Both the position numbers and the translations under genes were made by a program. Under the pieces are notes generated by a model. The model searched no databases. It had not been told where the DNA came from and was given only the letters and a program-made list of their open reading frames with translations. This document shows, piece after piece, positions 8,017-17,941 of a stretch of 37,082 nt of DNA (position 1 is its first letter; each line of letters starts with the position of its first letter). This DNA is from a virus (taxonomy: Duplodnaviria; Caudoviricetes), in IMG/VR virus record IMGVR_UViG_3300044670_001591, positions 1 through 37,082 of that record; one strand, written 5' to 3'.

Positions 8017-11000
8017 CTACACGCCCTCTTCGATTTCCTCGGCGGTGTAGGACCGTGCGGTAAACTTGGTCTCTGAGGCGACGCCTGTAAGCTGGCGCAG
8101 CAGGTAGCCAAGGTCGCGCTGCTCTGTCACAGTCAAAATAGCCGGGTCGAGGAAGCCCGCGAGGTCAACTGACAGCATGGGCAGGAAGGCCCGGTACAGG
8201 GCATGCGTTGACGAGGCTGTGTACACACCACCTGCGTATTCGTAGGTGCTTTGGCCAGGGCTGAGCATGTCGTAAATCCCAAAGACAATCTTTTCGGTGG
8301 GCTTGTCCAACTGCGTAACCCGAACCTTCTCCCCAACCTCGCCCAACTCCATGCCAAAGTTGTTGATGTCCTTGCCGTAGGCCATTTGCAAGCCTCGGAC
8401 CATCTCACGTCCGACGGGTCCGGTCATGCCGCCAGCCAGGTTGAGCGCGGGCTGCACCGGCTCACCCGAGGCCATGCCCTTGAGTACAGCCAGGGTGTCT
8501 GAGATTAGCTGCATGCTGCCAAACGATGTCGCAGCCGGGGCACTGTACATGTAGGCGTCGTAGGGTCTGCCTTCGGTACCCAGCACTCGAGCATTTCGGA
8601 GTTCAAGGGGCAGGCGGCTCTTGCCGAAGTAGGTCCGTGCCGTGGCTTCACTACGCCAGAGCGGGTAATCGTAGGGCATAACGCCCTCTTGGTCTGTCAG
8701 GTATTGGTCGACCGACTCTGTGAGCCCCGTTTGGATTTGAGCGATTTTGCTGGTTCGGGACATTTTGTTGCTGTAGCCAAAGGTCGGGTCCAGCAGCGCG
8801 TTCATCTGCTGCCCCAGTGCCCTGCGCTGGAACGACCAGAACATGAAGAACTTTTTGAGGTACTTTTCTTCTACCTGCGACATCGGAGCCTGCCAGTCGT
8901 ACAAGGCCTTCTTGACCCGAAATGCCGCTTCTTCTGCGCTGACGCCTTCGTTCATGAGGTGCAGCCACATTCCAACGCGCTGACGTTCCTCGATGTGCTG
9001 GAAGAAGGAGAGAATGTTGTCGGCATTTTGACCGAACTCGTCTGCGTACTTCAAAACACCTTTCGGGGCATTCAGCCTACGCGTTACCCGCTTCACGCCA
9101 GAGGTTCCGACAAAGGAAGTCACAACGCCTTTGTCATGAGCCATCGCACGAAGCTGTGCCCAGGTGTACTTCTTTCCAGCAATCTCTATCAAATCCTGTG
9201 GGGTGCCATACTTTGGGTCGAAGAACGCAGTGATTGTTTTGTTGATGGCGCTGCCTACCGCAGAGGGCAGTGAGTTGGGCGCAGGTTCGCCGGACTCAGC
9301 CTTGAGTACCTTGCCGACATAGGGCAAGTGCTCTACCCCCGCTGCCGTGATGTCCGACATAAACCGAGTACCGGCTGCAGCTGCGTAGCCAAGTCCCTCT
9401 TCTAGGAAAATCTGTGACATGTTTCCGAACTGAATCATGACGGCGTACTTGGGGTCTGGCAAGAATAGGCCCTGCAGGATTGCCTGGTTCCAGATGCGGG
9501 TGAACGTCGAAGCCAGTTGTGCCCCTGCTCCTGCGTAGGCCCCTCCCTCAACTCCAGCCTCTGCCGCATCTAGGGAGTTGGCAAACTCGCTCATGTTCTT
9601 GTTCATCTGGGTAATCCAGCGGCGCGGTACGAAGGTTGTCACCTCGTCTTCTCTGCCAGTCAAAATCAACTCAGCGGCCTCCCGCCCATCCACGCCTCGG
9701 TTCTTGACGTTGTAGATAGCAAAGCCTTCCGCCAGCCGCTTGCCCGTGGCTTGACCTGTTTTTTGCAGATTTGCTGGGAAGCCCAGTCTAGACATCATGT
9801 CCAGCATGGCCTCGCCATAGTTGCCTAACTCGGCTATATCGTTACCTGTCCAAGCGTTTACCAGCTTTGCCAAGTTTCCGTCAGGGTCAGCGGCAATCTT
9901 GCTCAGGTTCCAACCCATCCGCTCAATCGCAGCAGCCTGCGTAACGGCAAGTGCTGCCTTGGTCATGCCTCTGTGGCCTGCCTTTGCTTTAAGGCTACCT
10001 GCCACCTGTTGTTCCTTACGACGTATCTCTGCATTGGCCTTTGCCTTAGCAGCAGCAGCCTCTGCCTTGTCAGCGGCTGAAGCGTTGACGTCGTCCAAAA
10101 TGCGTTTAGCGTCGTCAATGATTTTATTGCGGGGCGCGATGTAGAGCTTGAAGTCTCGCTTGGCTACAACCTTGGCGGTCTCTTCCAGCATGTGGTCTTG
10201 GAACTCGTCAAAGGTTGCGTTTTTGTTGTCATTGAGGAACTTTGCTGCTCTCGCGAATAGCGTTCCACCCTCGCTTTCAGTGAGGGCCTGTCCCACAAGC
10301 CACATACGGCTTAGTTGAACAAGGATAGAGTCATCTTTGGTCAGTTGCTCTGATTTGATTAGGTCCTGCTCGTTTCGCAAGTAATACTTGGCTGCACCCC
10401 AGCGGCTCTCGGGGTAAGACCCAGCAATCAACCCCATCTCGCCAGTGGTGTCGTCCAGCATATCAGTAACGAAGTCTTTGGCCTTCGTTGCGAACTCTGC
10501 GGGGTCCATCTCCCCGCGTGCAATCTTGCTCAGGGAGTCTACGATGTACTTGAAGTCAGCGTTGCGGTTGATTTCTGCGCCGAGGAACACCTGCTGTACG
10601 TCCGCATTTGTAGAGCCCGTTCGGGGAATGACCGGCGAAACAGTGTCCCGCAACCACACCCTTGCTTTGTTGAACGAACCGCGCAGGCTTTTGTCTGTGT
10701 GCGAGAACTCCACAGCAAAGCGGTCGGCCTGCTGAACAATAGCAGGGGGCACCAAGTTGTTGGGGTTTGCCGCCACCTTGTAGGCATCTGCCGTCCGACT
10801 TAGCACCCTAAAGAGCGAGGCCATTCCGCGATTCCCGGCGTATTGTTCCGAAGCCTCTTCTAACGCAGCAAGTGTGTCTTTCATCACTTTAGTGGCTTCA
10901 TCAAACTCCGGTTCCCAGAAGTTAAGTCTCTTCATGTATTCGCGCTGGCGGTTGTAGTCTTTCTTAGCTCCCTTTACGGACTTCTCCATCTGCGCGATTT

Positions 11001-13344
11001 TGTCGTCCAACACCTTTAGAACGTCAGCACCTACGTTATTTGCCACATCTCCAAGCTCCGTGTAGAACTGAACAAGCACATCGGCTCGTTCGGCATCGCC
11101 TACCGAAGGATCCAGTGACTTACGCATCAGCTGCTCTAGGTTGGCAGCTAGTTCCTCTGTTTCTTTTGTAGGCACTGGGGCGGCTCGACCCCTAATCACC
11201 GGTCGAATAGCACCTACAGTTTTGCGCAGGTTTTTCAAATCGGCCAGAGCCGCGCTGGCCAAAACAAAGTTGTCTGCCTTGACACGAAAGTCCAGAACAG
11301 CCTTCGACCTGGGAGAGCTATCTGCGCCCGCGAGCAGATTATCGAAGTCGTCGATTGCTTTCTTTTGACGAGCCGCGACATCACGGACGGCTCGAGCATC
11401 ATCTACCTTCTTTCTTGCCCGCGCTGCCCGCTTAGTGTTGGGGTAGCTCGCCTCAATCTGGATGCGGGCATTGATGGCATCGGCTAGACTTCTCTCCGCA
11501 TTTCGGGCCGTGCTATCGACAAGGCCTCTGTCGGGATTGCTCTGTACAAATCTCCTTGTCTGCTCGTCGAGGGCGTCCAAGAAGCTCTGGGCCTCGTCCA
11601 TCTTTTCCCACTCAACCGACCGTGCCCTTGCGCTTCGGTTAGCCTCTTCAAAGGCGTCCAAAACTACCTTGCTGGGGCTTGTATTAACGCCCAAATCTGC
11701 CTGGTAGAGCGCCCTAATCATCGCTGCAGGTCCGGGGCCTGCCCTTTTTTCAATGTCATTCAAGCTGATTTCCACGGCTTCCTGCAGCTGCTCACGAGTA
11801 AAGGCCACGTTCTCTGGCATACTTAAAAGCCGCTGGATCTCGTCCATGTTCTCTCTAATAATGTTCTCGGTCGTCTTCATGCTGGTTGCATGGTTGATTA
11901 GACCCAGCGACTGGTCAGTAACCGCCTCGATGCCCTTTACGGCTGCACCTATTCCCTTCTTAGAGAGCTTCGCTACAGAGCCGCCCACCCCCATCCAGAC
12001 GTCAGGGTCTATAAAGGTAAGCCCTGCGGCTGCAATGAAGTCCCCAATCGCCTCTGAGGCTTCGTCCGAGGTCATGTCGATGCCCGTTAAACCCTCAAAG
12101 ACGTTACGCGGAATGATAGTGGCGCCCTCCGCTGCGCCCGATAGCCCAGAAAGGAAGCCTCCAAACCCTGCCTGAAGGTACCCTGCGTCAGGGTCGCCAA
12201 ACTTAGCCTCTGCTCGGTCGAACAACGTGAACAGTTCCTCGCCTCGAGCCAGGTTGCGCATCATCTCGTCGCCGCCCCAGTCCTCACGTCCCGGTACAAC
12301 GAGATAGTTGCTCACCATCGTAAGCAAGCTCTGCCGTCCCGCCCAGTCCAAACCACCCCAGTTAAGACCTTCGTTGTAGGTGCGTCGGCCAAGGGGTGAC
12401 TGTGCGCTGATTTCTGCCCCAGCCCAGGAGCCTACAAAGGGCGCTACAATCTTACGAAACTCGCCCTCGGGCAGCATTTCAGCAAACTTAGATAGCAGAG
12501 AGTTGGGGTCCTCTAGCGACTCGCTATTTGCCCAATGCCGAATGTTTTCGCCGCCTGGGTCCAGCTGCAGCCCCATCAAACTGAGAGGCATCTTGACCTC
12601 GGCCAGGGGCGCTGTAATCTCGCCGCTCTCCGAAGCCTTGGTGTACCAGTCGCTCACCTCGCGCTTGGCCTTTGTGAACTCAGAGGCCGCAATGCTTTTG
12701 GCCTCGCTCGCTGTGTAGCTTGCGCGCTTCTCCAGGGCCAATGCCGTCCGCTCGCGGGCCAGTTTCTGAGCCGTCGCGTTCAAGTCTAGCGCACGCTCAC
12801 CGGACTGCAGCCCTTGTCCCTCGCCCTCAACCCCTGTCGAAAGCAGCAGCATGGATTCGGTTTGCACTTCCTTGGGAGACTCAAAGAACACAGGCTCAAG
12901 GGTAATACCCGGTACGCCCTCTTCAGCCGAGTCGAACGTGACTCGCATAGGCGGAGGTTCTACGCGCTCCTGCGCCTCAAGGTACTGCTGGCGCATGCGG
13001 AGCATTGGAACCATTTGAGGCCAAAGCCCAGGCTCGTCCCCCTCCGTCTCTGAATCTGGGCCAGGAGAAGGGGAAACCCGCTCTTCGGGAACGGAGGGGG
13101 CGAGCGGCGCAGGTGCTGCCTGCATGGGTTCGGGAGGCTCAGGGGCTGGCACGTCGAGCATGTTAAGGAACTCGGCCAACTCGTCTTTGCTGGGCTGCGC
13201 CGCTGGAGCCTGCGCCGGGGCCTGCGCCGGGGCCTCGCCCAGGTACTCTGCCTTGCTGATAGGCTTTGGCAGTGTCTCAAGGTACTCTGCCTTGCTGATA
13301 GGCTTTGGCAACTCGTAGGGGGACTTCTCGTAAGGCTCAGCCAC
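8017..13344 (-). CDS. Large internal virion (DNA ejection) protein, about 1775 aa
   Basis: Long helical ORF after the nozzle/tail genes. C-terminal region (ALYDW...KKFFMFWSFQRR) resembles podovirus internal proteins. AGGGAG RBS favours GTG 13344. Confidence 0.7.
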   Translation of the reverse strand: MAEPYEKSPYELPKPISKAEYLETLPKPISKAEYLGEAPAQAPAQAPAAQPSKDELAEFLNMLDVPAPEPPEPMQAAPAPLAPSVPEERVSPSPGPDSETEGDEPGLWPQMVPMLRMRQQYLEAQERVEPPPMRVTFDSAEEGVPGITLEPVFFESPKEVQTESMLLLSTGVEGEGQGLQSGERALDLNATAQKLARERTALALEKRASYTASEAKSIAASEFTKAKREVSDWYTKASESGEITAPLAEVKMPLSLMGLQLDPGGENIRHWANSESLEDPNSLLSKFAEMLPEGEFRKIVAPFVGSWAGAEISAQSPLGRRTYNEGLNWGGLDWAGRQSLLTMVSNYLVVPGREDWGGDEMMRNLARGEELFTLFDRAEAKFGDPDAGYLQAGFGGFLSGLSGAAEGATIIPRNVFEGLTGIDMTSDEASEAIGDFIAAAGLTFIDPDVWMGVGGSVAKLSKKGIGAAVKGIEAVTDQSLGLINHATSMKTTENIIRENMDEIQRLLSMPENVAFTREQLQEAVEISLNDIEKRAGPGPAAMIRALYQADLGVNTSPSKVVLDAFEEANRSARARSVEWEKMDEAQSFLDALDEQTRRFVQSNPDRGLVDSTARNAERSLADAINARIQIEASYPNTKRAARARKKVDDARAVRDVAARQKKAIDDFDNLLAGADSSPRSKAVLDFRVKADNFVLASAALADLKNLRKTVGAIRPVIRGRAAPVPTKETEELAANLEQLMRKSLDPSVGDAERADVLVQFYTELGDVANNVGADVLKVLDDKIAQMEKSVKGAKKDYNRQREYMKRLNFWEPEFDEATKVMKDTLAALEEASEQYAGNRGMASLFRVLSRTADAYKVAANPNNLVPPAIVQQADRFAVEFSHTDKSLRGSFNKARVWLRDTVSPVIPRTGSTNADVQQVFLGAEINRNADFKYIVDSLSKIARGEMDPAEFATKAKDFVTDMLDDTTGEMGLIAGSYPESRWGAAKYYLRNEQDLIKSEQLTKDDSILVQLSRMWLVGQALTESEGGTLFARAAKFLNDNKNATFDEFQDHMLEETAKVVAKRDFKLYIAPRNKIIDDAKRILDDVNASAADKAEAAAAKAKANAEIRRKEQQVAGSLKAKAGHRGMTKAALAVTQAAAIERMGWNLSKIAADPDGNLAKLVNAWTGNDIAELGNYGEAMLDMMSRLGFPANLQKTGQATGKRLAEGFAIYNVKNRGVDGREAAELILTGREDEVTTFVPRRWITQMNKNMSEFANSLDAAEAGVEGGAYAGAGAQLASTFTRIWNQAILQGLFLPDPKYAVMIQFGNMSQIFLEEGLGYAAAAGTRFMSDITAAGVEHLPYVGKVLKAESGEPAPNSLPSAVGSAINKTITAFFDPKYGTPQDLIEIAGKKYTWAQLRAMAHDKGVVTSFVGTSGVKRVTRRLNAPKGVLKYADEFGQNADNILSFFQHIEERQRVGMWLHLMNEGVSAEEAAFRVKKALYDWQAPMSQVEEKYLKKFFMFWSFQRRALGQQMNALLDPTFGYSNKMSRTSKIAQIQTGLTESVDQYLTDQEGVMPYDYPLWRSEATARTYFGKSRLPLELRNARVLGTEGRPYDAYMYSAPAATSFGSMQLISDTLAVLKGMASGEPVQPALNLAGGMTGPVGREMVRGLQMAYGKDINNFGMELGEVGEKVRVTQLDKPTEKIVFGIYDMLSPGQSTYEYAGGVYTASSTHALYRAFLPMLSVDLAGFLDPAILTVTEQRDLGYLLRQLTGVASETKFTARSYTAEEIEEGV
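13241..13310. repeat. Two exact 31-bp direct repeats (39-bp period) encoding LPKPISKAEYL
   Basis: aggtactctgccttgctgataggctttggca at 13241-13271 and 13280-13310. Confidence 0.95.
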
Positions 13345-13362
13345 GTCTTCTCCCTGCAACCC

Positions 13363-15009
13363 TTACGGGTTCTTCTTTTTCTGGTCTTCCTGCGCAGCGG
13401 TGCTGGCCCCTGCCAGTTCGCCTGCCACCTTGTCTGCAGCGGCGTCGGCCACTGCCTGGGCGGCAGGTGTCTCGGGAGCCTCGGGCGTTTCGACAACACT
13501 CTCCGCATCTTGACGTGACAGCTGCCCTTCTTTGACCAGTTGCCGAACACGCTGACGGCTCTGGCTTCGGCTGGCTTGCTTCATTGCTCGAGCTTCGCGG
13601 TTCATCAGCTTGAAGGCGATGTCGGGGTCGTAGACCTGACGCTCTTCCATGTACTTCTGAAACTCGGGAGATGCGAAGATTTCACCCTTAATCGACTGGG
13701 CCGACGGCAAGTCCTCGTACTCTTCGATGGCTTGCAACATCTCAAGCCGCTTGTCTGCGGCAGGGCCTTGCGGCTCCGCGAGAATGTTGTAGAAGTTATT
13801 GGTGCGCTCGTCCTCTTCGGAAACAGGCTTGCCGAGATTTGACGCCTTTTGCAGCTGCGTCAACGTAGTCTGGAGGTCACTCAGCGCCGCTCGGATTTTG
13901 TCCTTACCGTAGCCGACTCCCGCAACTTTGAGCAAATCGTCGTGTAGTTGCTCGCCTTCCGCGTCTAGTGTCGCCAACTCTTGAGGTTTGGCAAGAACAG
14001 AGCCCTGTACGGTTAGCAGCTTACTTACTCCGTCTGCATCCCCCTGCTTCTCAGCCTCGTTAATAGCCAAGTCGAGAAGCACGTCCTCGGGCACGCCTGT
14101 TGCCCTTGCGATTTGCTGCACCGTCCCGGCCTGCAACTCCGGTGCAGAGTTGGCCGTGTCTCTAAGCGCAGAGATGGCAGACTGAATCTTCTTATCGTCA
14201 AAGGCTTTCTGTGCTGCCTCTGTCTCCTGCCGTGCAGCCTCAAGCTGTTCTGGCGTTGCGCCAAGTGCTCCGCCTCGGTCAAGCCAGTTGTTCGCCATGA
14301 GTTTTTCAGCCCATGCCTTCAAAAATATTTCTTGCGCCTCGGCATCGTCTTTGGCTTGAGCGAGCCTATCGGTGATGCCAAGACGCAGGGCCTGCTTACC
14401 GATTAGAGTTTCAGGACGTTGCGCTTCGGCCTCGTACCATTTGTCGGAGCTTCTGTCGATTTCTTGCCATGCGGGGCTTCGCCTAACAAGATCGCGTGCT
14501 GGGCCTTCGGTTAGCGAGGGTATCGAACCTCCGCCGCCAGCCGAAGCCCGTGCAAAGGCTGCTTGCTGCGCTGGGTCCATACCTAAGTCAAGCGAGAAGC
14601 CTTCCAAAACATTGGGGTCTGCTTCTCGAGCGGCCTGCTGCTCTCTGATGTTTGTTTTAATCTGCTGCAAGATGGCTGTTTGTTGGTTGCGCGAAGTCTG
14701 ACTGCTGGAGGTAACGTCCATCTGCCCCTCCGTAAGCGCGGCCTGCAAGTTCTGCAGCTTAATGTCCAACTGCTTATTGAGCGCGTTCTGCTGGGCCTCG
14801 TACTCCTTTCCGAAGTAGAACTGCGTCGATTGCTCAAGCGCAGAAACAGACGGCTCCATCAGGGCCTGCTTCTCTTGCAGACGCTTCCAGGGAGCCTGGT
14901 AGTCGATGCCCTCTTGAGTAATAATGCTGCCAATCGTACCCATAGCTTGGGCCTTCTTGGCCCTCTGGCGTTGCTGCAGCCTAGCGTAGAGTTTGGGGTC
15001 GAGTGCCAT
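13363..15009 (-). CDS. Putative internal virion protein, coiled-coil rich (548 aa)
   Basis: Gln/Ala/Glu-rich helical protein, AGGAG RBS, lies between the pilot-like gene and the large protein. Confidence 0.6.
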   Translation of the reverse strand: MALDPKLYARLQQRQRAKKAQAMGTIGSIITQEGIDYQAPWKRLQEKQALMEPSVSALEQSTQFYFGKEYEAQQNALNKQLDIKLQNLQAALTEGQMDVTSSSQTSRNQQTAILQQIKTNIREQQAAREADPNVLEGFSLDLGMDPAQQAAFARASAGGGGSIPSLTEGPARDLVRRSPAWQEIDRSSDKWYEAEAQRPETLIGKQALRLGITDRLAQAKDDAEAQEIFLKAWAEKLMANNWLDRGGALGATPEQLEAARQETEAAQKAFDDKKIQSAISALRDTANSAPELQAGTVQQIARATGVPEDVLLDLAINEAEKQGDADGVSKLLTVQGSVLAKPQELATLDAEGEQLHDDLLKVAGVGYGKDKIRAALSDLQTTLTQLQKASNLGKPVSEEDERTNNFYNILAEPQGPAADKRLEMLQAIEEYEDLPSAQSIKGEIFASPEFQKYMEERQVYDPDIAFKLMNREARAMKQASRSQSRQRVRQLVKEGQLSRQDAESVVETPEAPETPAAQAVADAAADKVAGELAGASTAAQEDQKKKNP

Positions 15010-15010
15010 G

Positions 15011-15742
15011 CTACGCTCCTAAATCTTCAAGGGCATCAAGCTGCTGCTGAAGGTTAGCCCTGTCTTCTTGGGACAAACCTTCTAACTGCAAGGCTCTTTG
15101 CAATGAGGCCTTGTAAGCTGCTGGGGTGCTTTGGGAAGCCTTGGCCACCGCGTCTAGTGCCTCTGCTGCGGTCCCTGCTGTCTTAAAGGCTACTTGGGCT
15201 TTCTCAGCCGTAGTTGCTGCCTGCCTAGCAGCCTCTGCCGCCTCAACACCCTTTGCCACATTTGCACCTGCCTCTTGTGTTCGTTGGGCTGCGCCGACCA
15301 ACTGGCTTGCGGGACCTGTCAGCAGCGTAGTAGCTACGTCAACAGCGGCTTTCGTGCCTTCGATTGCCAACTGGGCTCGGCGGTCGCGGACGGCCTGGAC
15401 CTGCCCAATCTCTTGCGAGGCCATTTGCCTGCGGGTGTCCTGTAGCTGAGCCTCGAGCAACTTCTGCTGACCCGAGGCCTTGACCGCTGTCTCTGCCTGC
15501 TGCTTGGCCAGGTCCTGCTGACTCTTCTGGAACTGCTGCTCCATGAAAGGCCCGCCGCCCGCTGCTGCTTTGGCTGCTTGGCCGAGGTTCATCTGCTGAG
15601 CCTTCAAGCCAGCCCCCGCCGTTTCAACCATGGCCTGTTCCATCTGCTGGGCTTCTACGTCGGAGACCATGTCCCCGCCTGCAGCCAGCTTTCGGCCTAG
15701 TTGCTTGGCGTACTTAGCACGCAGTCGTCCCGCTGTAGGCAT
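15011..15742 (-). CDS. Putative DNA pilot/ejection protein, Ala/Gln-rich (243 aa)
   Basis: GGAGG RBS, low-complexity helical composition like podovirus pilot proteins. Confidence 0.6.
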   Translation of the reverse strand: MPTAGRLRAKYAKQLGRKLAAGGDMVSDVEAQQMEQAMVETAGAGLKAQQMNLGQAAKAAAGGGPFMEQQFQKSQQDLAKQQAETAVKASGQQKLLEAQLQDTRRQMASQEIGQVQAVRDRRAQLAIEGTKAAVDVATTLLTGPASQLVGAAQRTQEAGANVAKGVEAAEAARQAATTAEKAQVAFKTAGTAAEALDAVAKASQSTPAAYKASLQRALQLEGLSQEDRANLQQQLDALEDLGA

Positions 15743-15757
15743 GAGACCTCCATCCTC

Positions 15758-15786
15758 GGTTTAACCTGCGGGGGAGGCCGTAGCAA
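15758..15786 (-). promoter_or_regulatory. Putative promoter TTGCTA-N15-GTTAAACC
   Basis: Recurrent motif. Confidence 0.65.
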
Positions 15787-15790
15787 CTGC

Positions 15791-16723
15791 CTACTTCTGG
15801 GCGTTCTCTGCAGCGGCCTCGTTCAAAGCCTCGCGCACGATGGCCTTCATGGCATCACGCTCCGGGTACTGGAACCCACCGCCCATCGCAGGCAGGGGCA
15901 GGGGCTGCGAAGTGGGTACCGCCGACTGCGGAGGTGCAGGGATAGGCACAGCCGACTCGGGGGGAGCCTCGCCCATCTCCAACTCGTAGCGCGACAGGAT
16001 GCTCTTGTAGGCGTCGGTACCCTCGGGCACAACGCTCCAGTCGCCGGTTCCCTTGAGGCGCGCTTGCACACCTCGAGCGCCTGGAAGGTCTTCAACAGAC
16101 TCAACCTTGTACTCGTAGGGGTCTCCCTCGGAGGTAAACACCTGCTCCGTAGGCTGCGGTGAAGTCGGAGGCGGCTTGTACGGCAGCTGCCGACTACGCG
16201 AGATGGCTTGGCGCTCGGCCATAGAACCAGGCATGACGGGATTGCCGTAGGCGTCCGTGCCCGGCACAGTCTTGGGCTCGATAGGCGTTGTCACGGCATC
16301 CGAGGCGTCGAACGCAACAGTTTCCTCGGGCACATCTTCCGTGACGAGCAGGTTCATCTGCCCCTCTTCGATGGCGGAGCCAATCATGTTGGCCATGAAC
16401 CCCTGCGGAGGGAACTCAAATCGCTGTCCGGTGCGCTCATTGACCACGGCGACCGCCCCACTGGGGTACTGCTCGTAAATCTCGTCGGGCGCGTTCGGGT
16501 CTTCGTAGGTGACAGGTGTGCCTGCCATTGGCCCGATGGCTGCAGCGGTGTCTTCGACAGGGGCTGCAGGCGTCGGAGGCGCAGGCATAGCAGGCATGTC
16601 CGCAGCCATATCCATGCCCGTGTCCATGGTCGTGTCGCCAGTGTCTTCGGCTGCAGCCTTGCGCATCTGCGCGGCCTTACTAGCCAAGAGCGATTGGTCT
16701 GCACTGTAGCGTGGCTTATCCAT
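15791..16723 (-). CDS. Pro/Ala-rich acidic protein with two small GDPY-like domains (310 aa)
   Basis: GAGG RBS, disordered linkers separating two roughly 50-aa globular segments. Confidence 0.7.
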   Translation of the reverse strand: MDKPRYSADQSLLASKAAQMRKAAAEDTGDTTMDTGMDMAADMPAMPAPPTPAAPVEDTAAAIGPMAGTPVTYEDPNAPDEIYEQYPSGAVAVVNERTGQRFEFPPQGFMANMIGSAIEEGQMNLLVTEDVPEETVAFDASDAVTTPIEPKTVPGTDAYGNPVMPGSMAERQAISRSRQLPYKPPPTSPQPTEQVFTSEGDPYEYKVESVEDLPGARGVQARLKGTGDWSVVPEGTDAYKSILSRYELEMGEAPPESAVPIPAPPQSAVPTSQPLPLPAMGGGFQYPERDAMKAIVREALNEAAAENAQK

Positions 16724-16731
16724 GACGACCT

Positions 16732-17475
16732 CTACTTGCTTGCCTTACTCGGAAGCCTTGCCTCGATTCTACGACGTTGAGCGGCCTCTTGCTCTTCTTG
16801 GTCGCTCATCATCGTTTCGTAAATCTGCTCAACTAAGGAGGGGCTGGGTGCTTCTTCTTCTTTGGGTTCGTCGCGCTTTTGCCACTCCGAGAACGTCATA
16901 ATAGACGGGAAGCGGCTAGGCCGACCCTTTGAATCTCTTGGGTCTTCCTTGGCCCGTTCACGGTACTCAAGGTAGCTGTCGTATTCCGCCTGCCGCTGCG
17001 CAGCGCCAGGGCCACCGCTGGGGTCAATACCCTTGGTGTTTGATCGGTACCCCTCATACCTGCTAGGGTCTGCAGGAGGCGGAGCCATGCGCGCTGCAGG
17101 GGAGAGGTAGCGGCTAGACTTGCGCACAATGCGGTCTTCCATCGTTTCCTCTGGCTCGGCCTCAACCTCAGCTTCGGCTTCGGGCTCGGCCTCAACCTCG
17201 GCTTCGGCTTCGGGCTCGGCCTCAACCTCGGCTTCGGCTTCGGGCTCGGTGGGCATGGGCTCTTCCGTCAGCTTGAACCCGCGCTCGTCGCCTTCCTCGG
17301 TCAGCTGCGCCTCAATGGCCTTGACCTGTGCGGCGTTGGGCGTAATCCAACCGAAGTCAGGCTTGGTCGTATCCATGACCTTCCAAGAGCCGTCGGCCAT
17401 CTTGGCGTACTTCCAGCTGTCACCGGCAGCACCGTACAGCTTCTCAACACCTTCTAACATTTCACCGGAGAGCAT
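16732..17475 (-). CDS. Acidic protein with GD(S/P)(W/Y)xY domain and EPEAEAEVEA repeats (247 aa)
   Basis: GAGGA RBS and in-frame tandem repeat. Confidence 0.7.
   Translation of the reverse strand: MLSGEMLEGVEKLYGAAGDSWKYAKMADGSWKVMDTTKPDFGWITPNAAQVKAIEAQLTEEGDERGFKLTEEPMPTEPEAEAEVEAEPEAEAEVEAEPEAEAEVEAEPEETMEDRIVRKSSRYLSPAARMAPPPADPSRYEGYRSNTKGIDPSGGPGAAQRQAEYDSYLEYRERAKEDPRDSKGRPSRFPSIMTFSEWQKRDEPKEEEAPSPSLVEQIYETMMSDQEEQEAAQRRRIEARLPSKASK
17153..17249. repeat. 30-bp tandem repeat, about 3.2 copies (EPEAEAEVEA)
   Basis: ggctcggcctcaacctc(a/g)gcttcggcttcg repeated. Confidence 0.95.
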
Positions 17476-17481
17476 AGGTCC

Positions 17482-17940
17482 TCACTTGTTTTTCTTTTGC
17501 TTGTCAGCGGCTTCCATCTGGGCAACCACCTTATCGGCCCAAGCCTTAGCAGGGTTCCCACCCCACAGCAACCAGGCCACATAGCCCTTGTCGTTGTACG
17601 GCTTGTCCCGCTTGTCTGGGTCAATCTTGGCTGCGTCCTCGGAGCGCGCCAAGAAACTCTTCATGCGCTTGACAACCTCGGGCGACAGTTCGTCGCGGTT
17701 CTTGAGGTTGACTGCACGCTGCACGCCAGAGCCGACGCCTTCCTTGGCGGCTTCCTTGGCGTCGAGGCCACCCTTGTTTGACGGGCTGGCCTTCTTGCGC
17801 AGATCAAGGCCGCGCTTGGCAGCACTGGCCACGCTCTCGGGCGGCTTGAAGTTGATGTGGCCGTACTTCCCCTCACCGAGGGACGAGCGGATAGCCCGCT
17901 CTACGACTTCTTCGTCCTTCTTGCGCTTGGACACAGGCAC
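17482..17940 (-). CDS. Conserved phage helical domain protein (PP..V...AKRGL...RA..L...LS...VKRM.SF..R...AW.LWGG...W)
   Basis: Motif recalled from phage head-morphogenesis-associated proteins; function unknown. Confidence 0.75.
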   Translation of the reverse strand: MPVSKRKKDEEVVERAIRSSLGEGKYGHINFKPPESVASAAKRGLDLRKKASPSNKGGLDAKEAAKEGVGSGVQRAVNLKNRDELSPEVVKRMKSFLARSEDAAKIDPDKRDKPYNDKGYVAWLLWGGNPAKAWADKVVAQMEAADKQKKNK

Positions 17941-17941
17941 C

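Noticed and set aside
5525-8050. 841-aa plus-strand ORF
   Set aside because: Antisense shadow of the GC3-biased 728-aa fibre gene, with no RBS or recognisable motifs.
8017-13344. Virion RNA polymerase (N4- or crAss-like)
   Set aside because: No DxDxD or T7-type polymerase motifs seen, and much shorter than N4 vRNAP.
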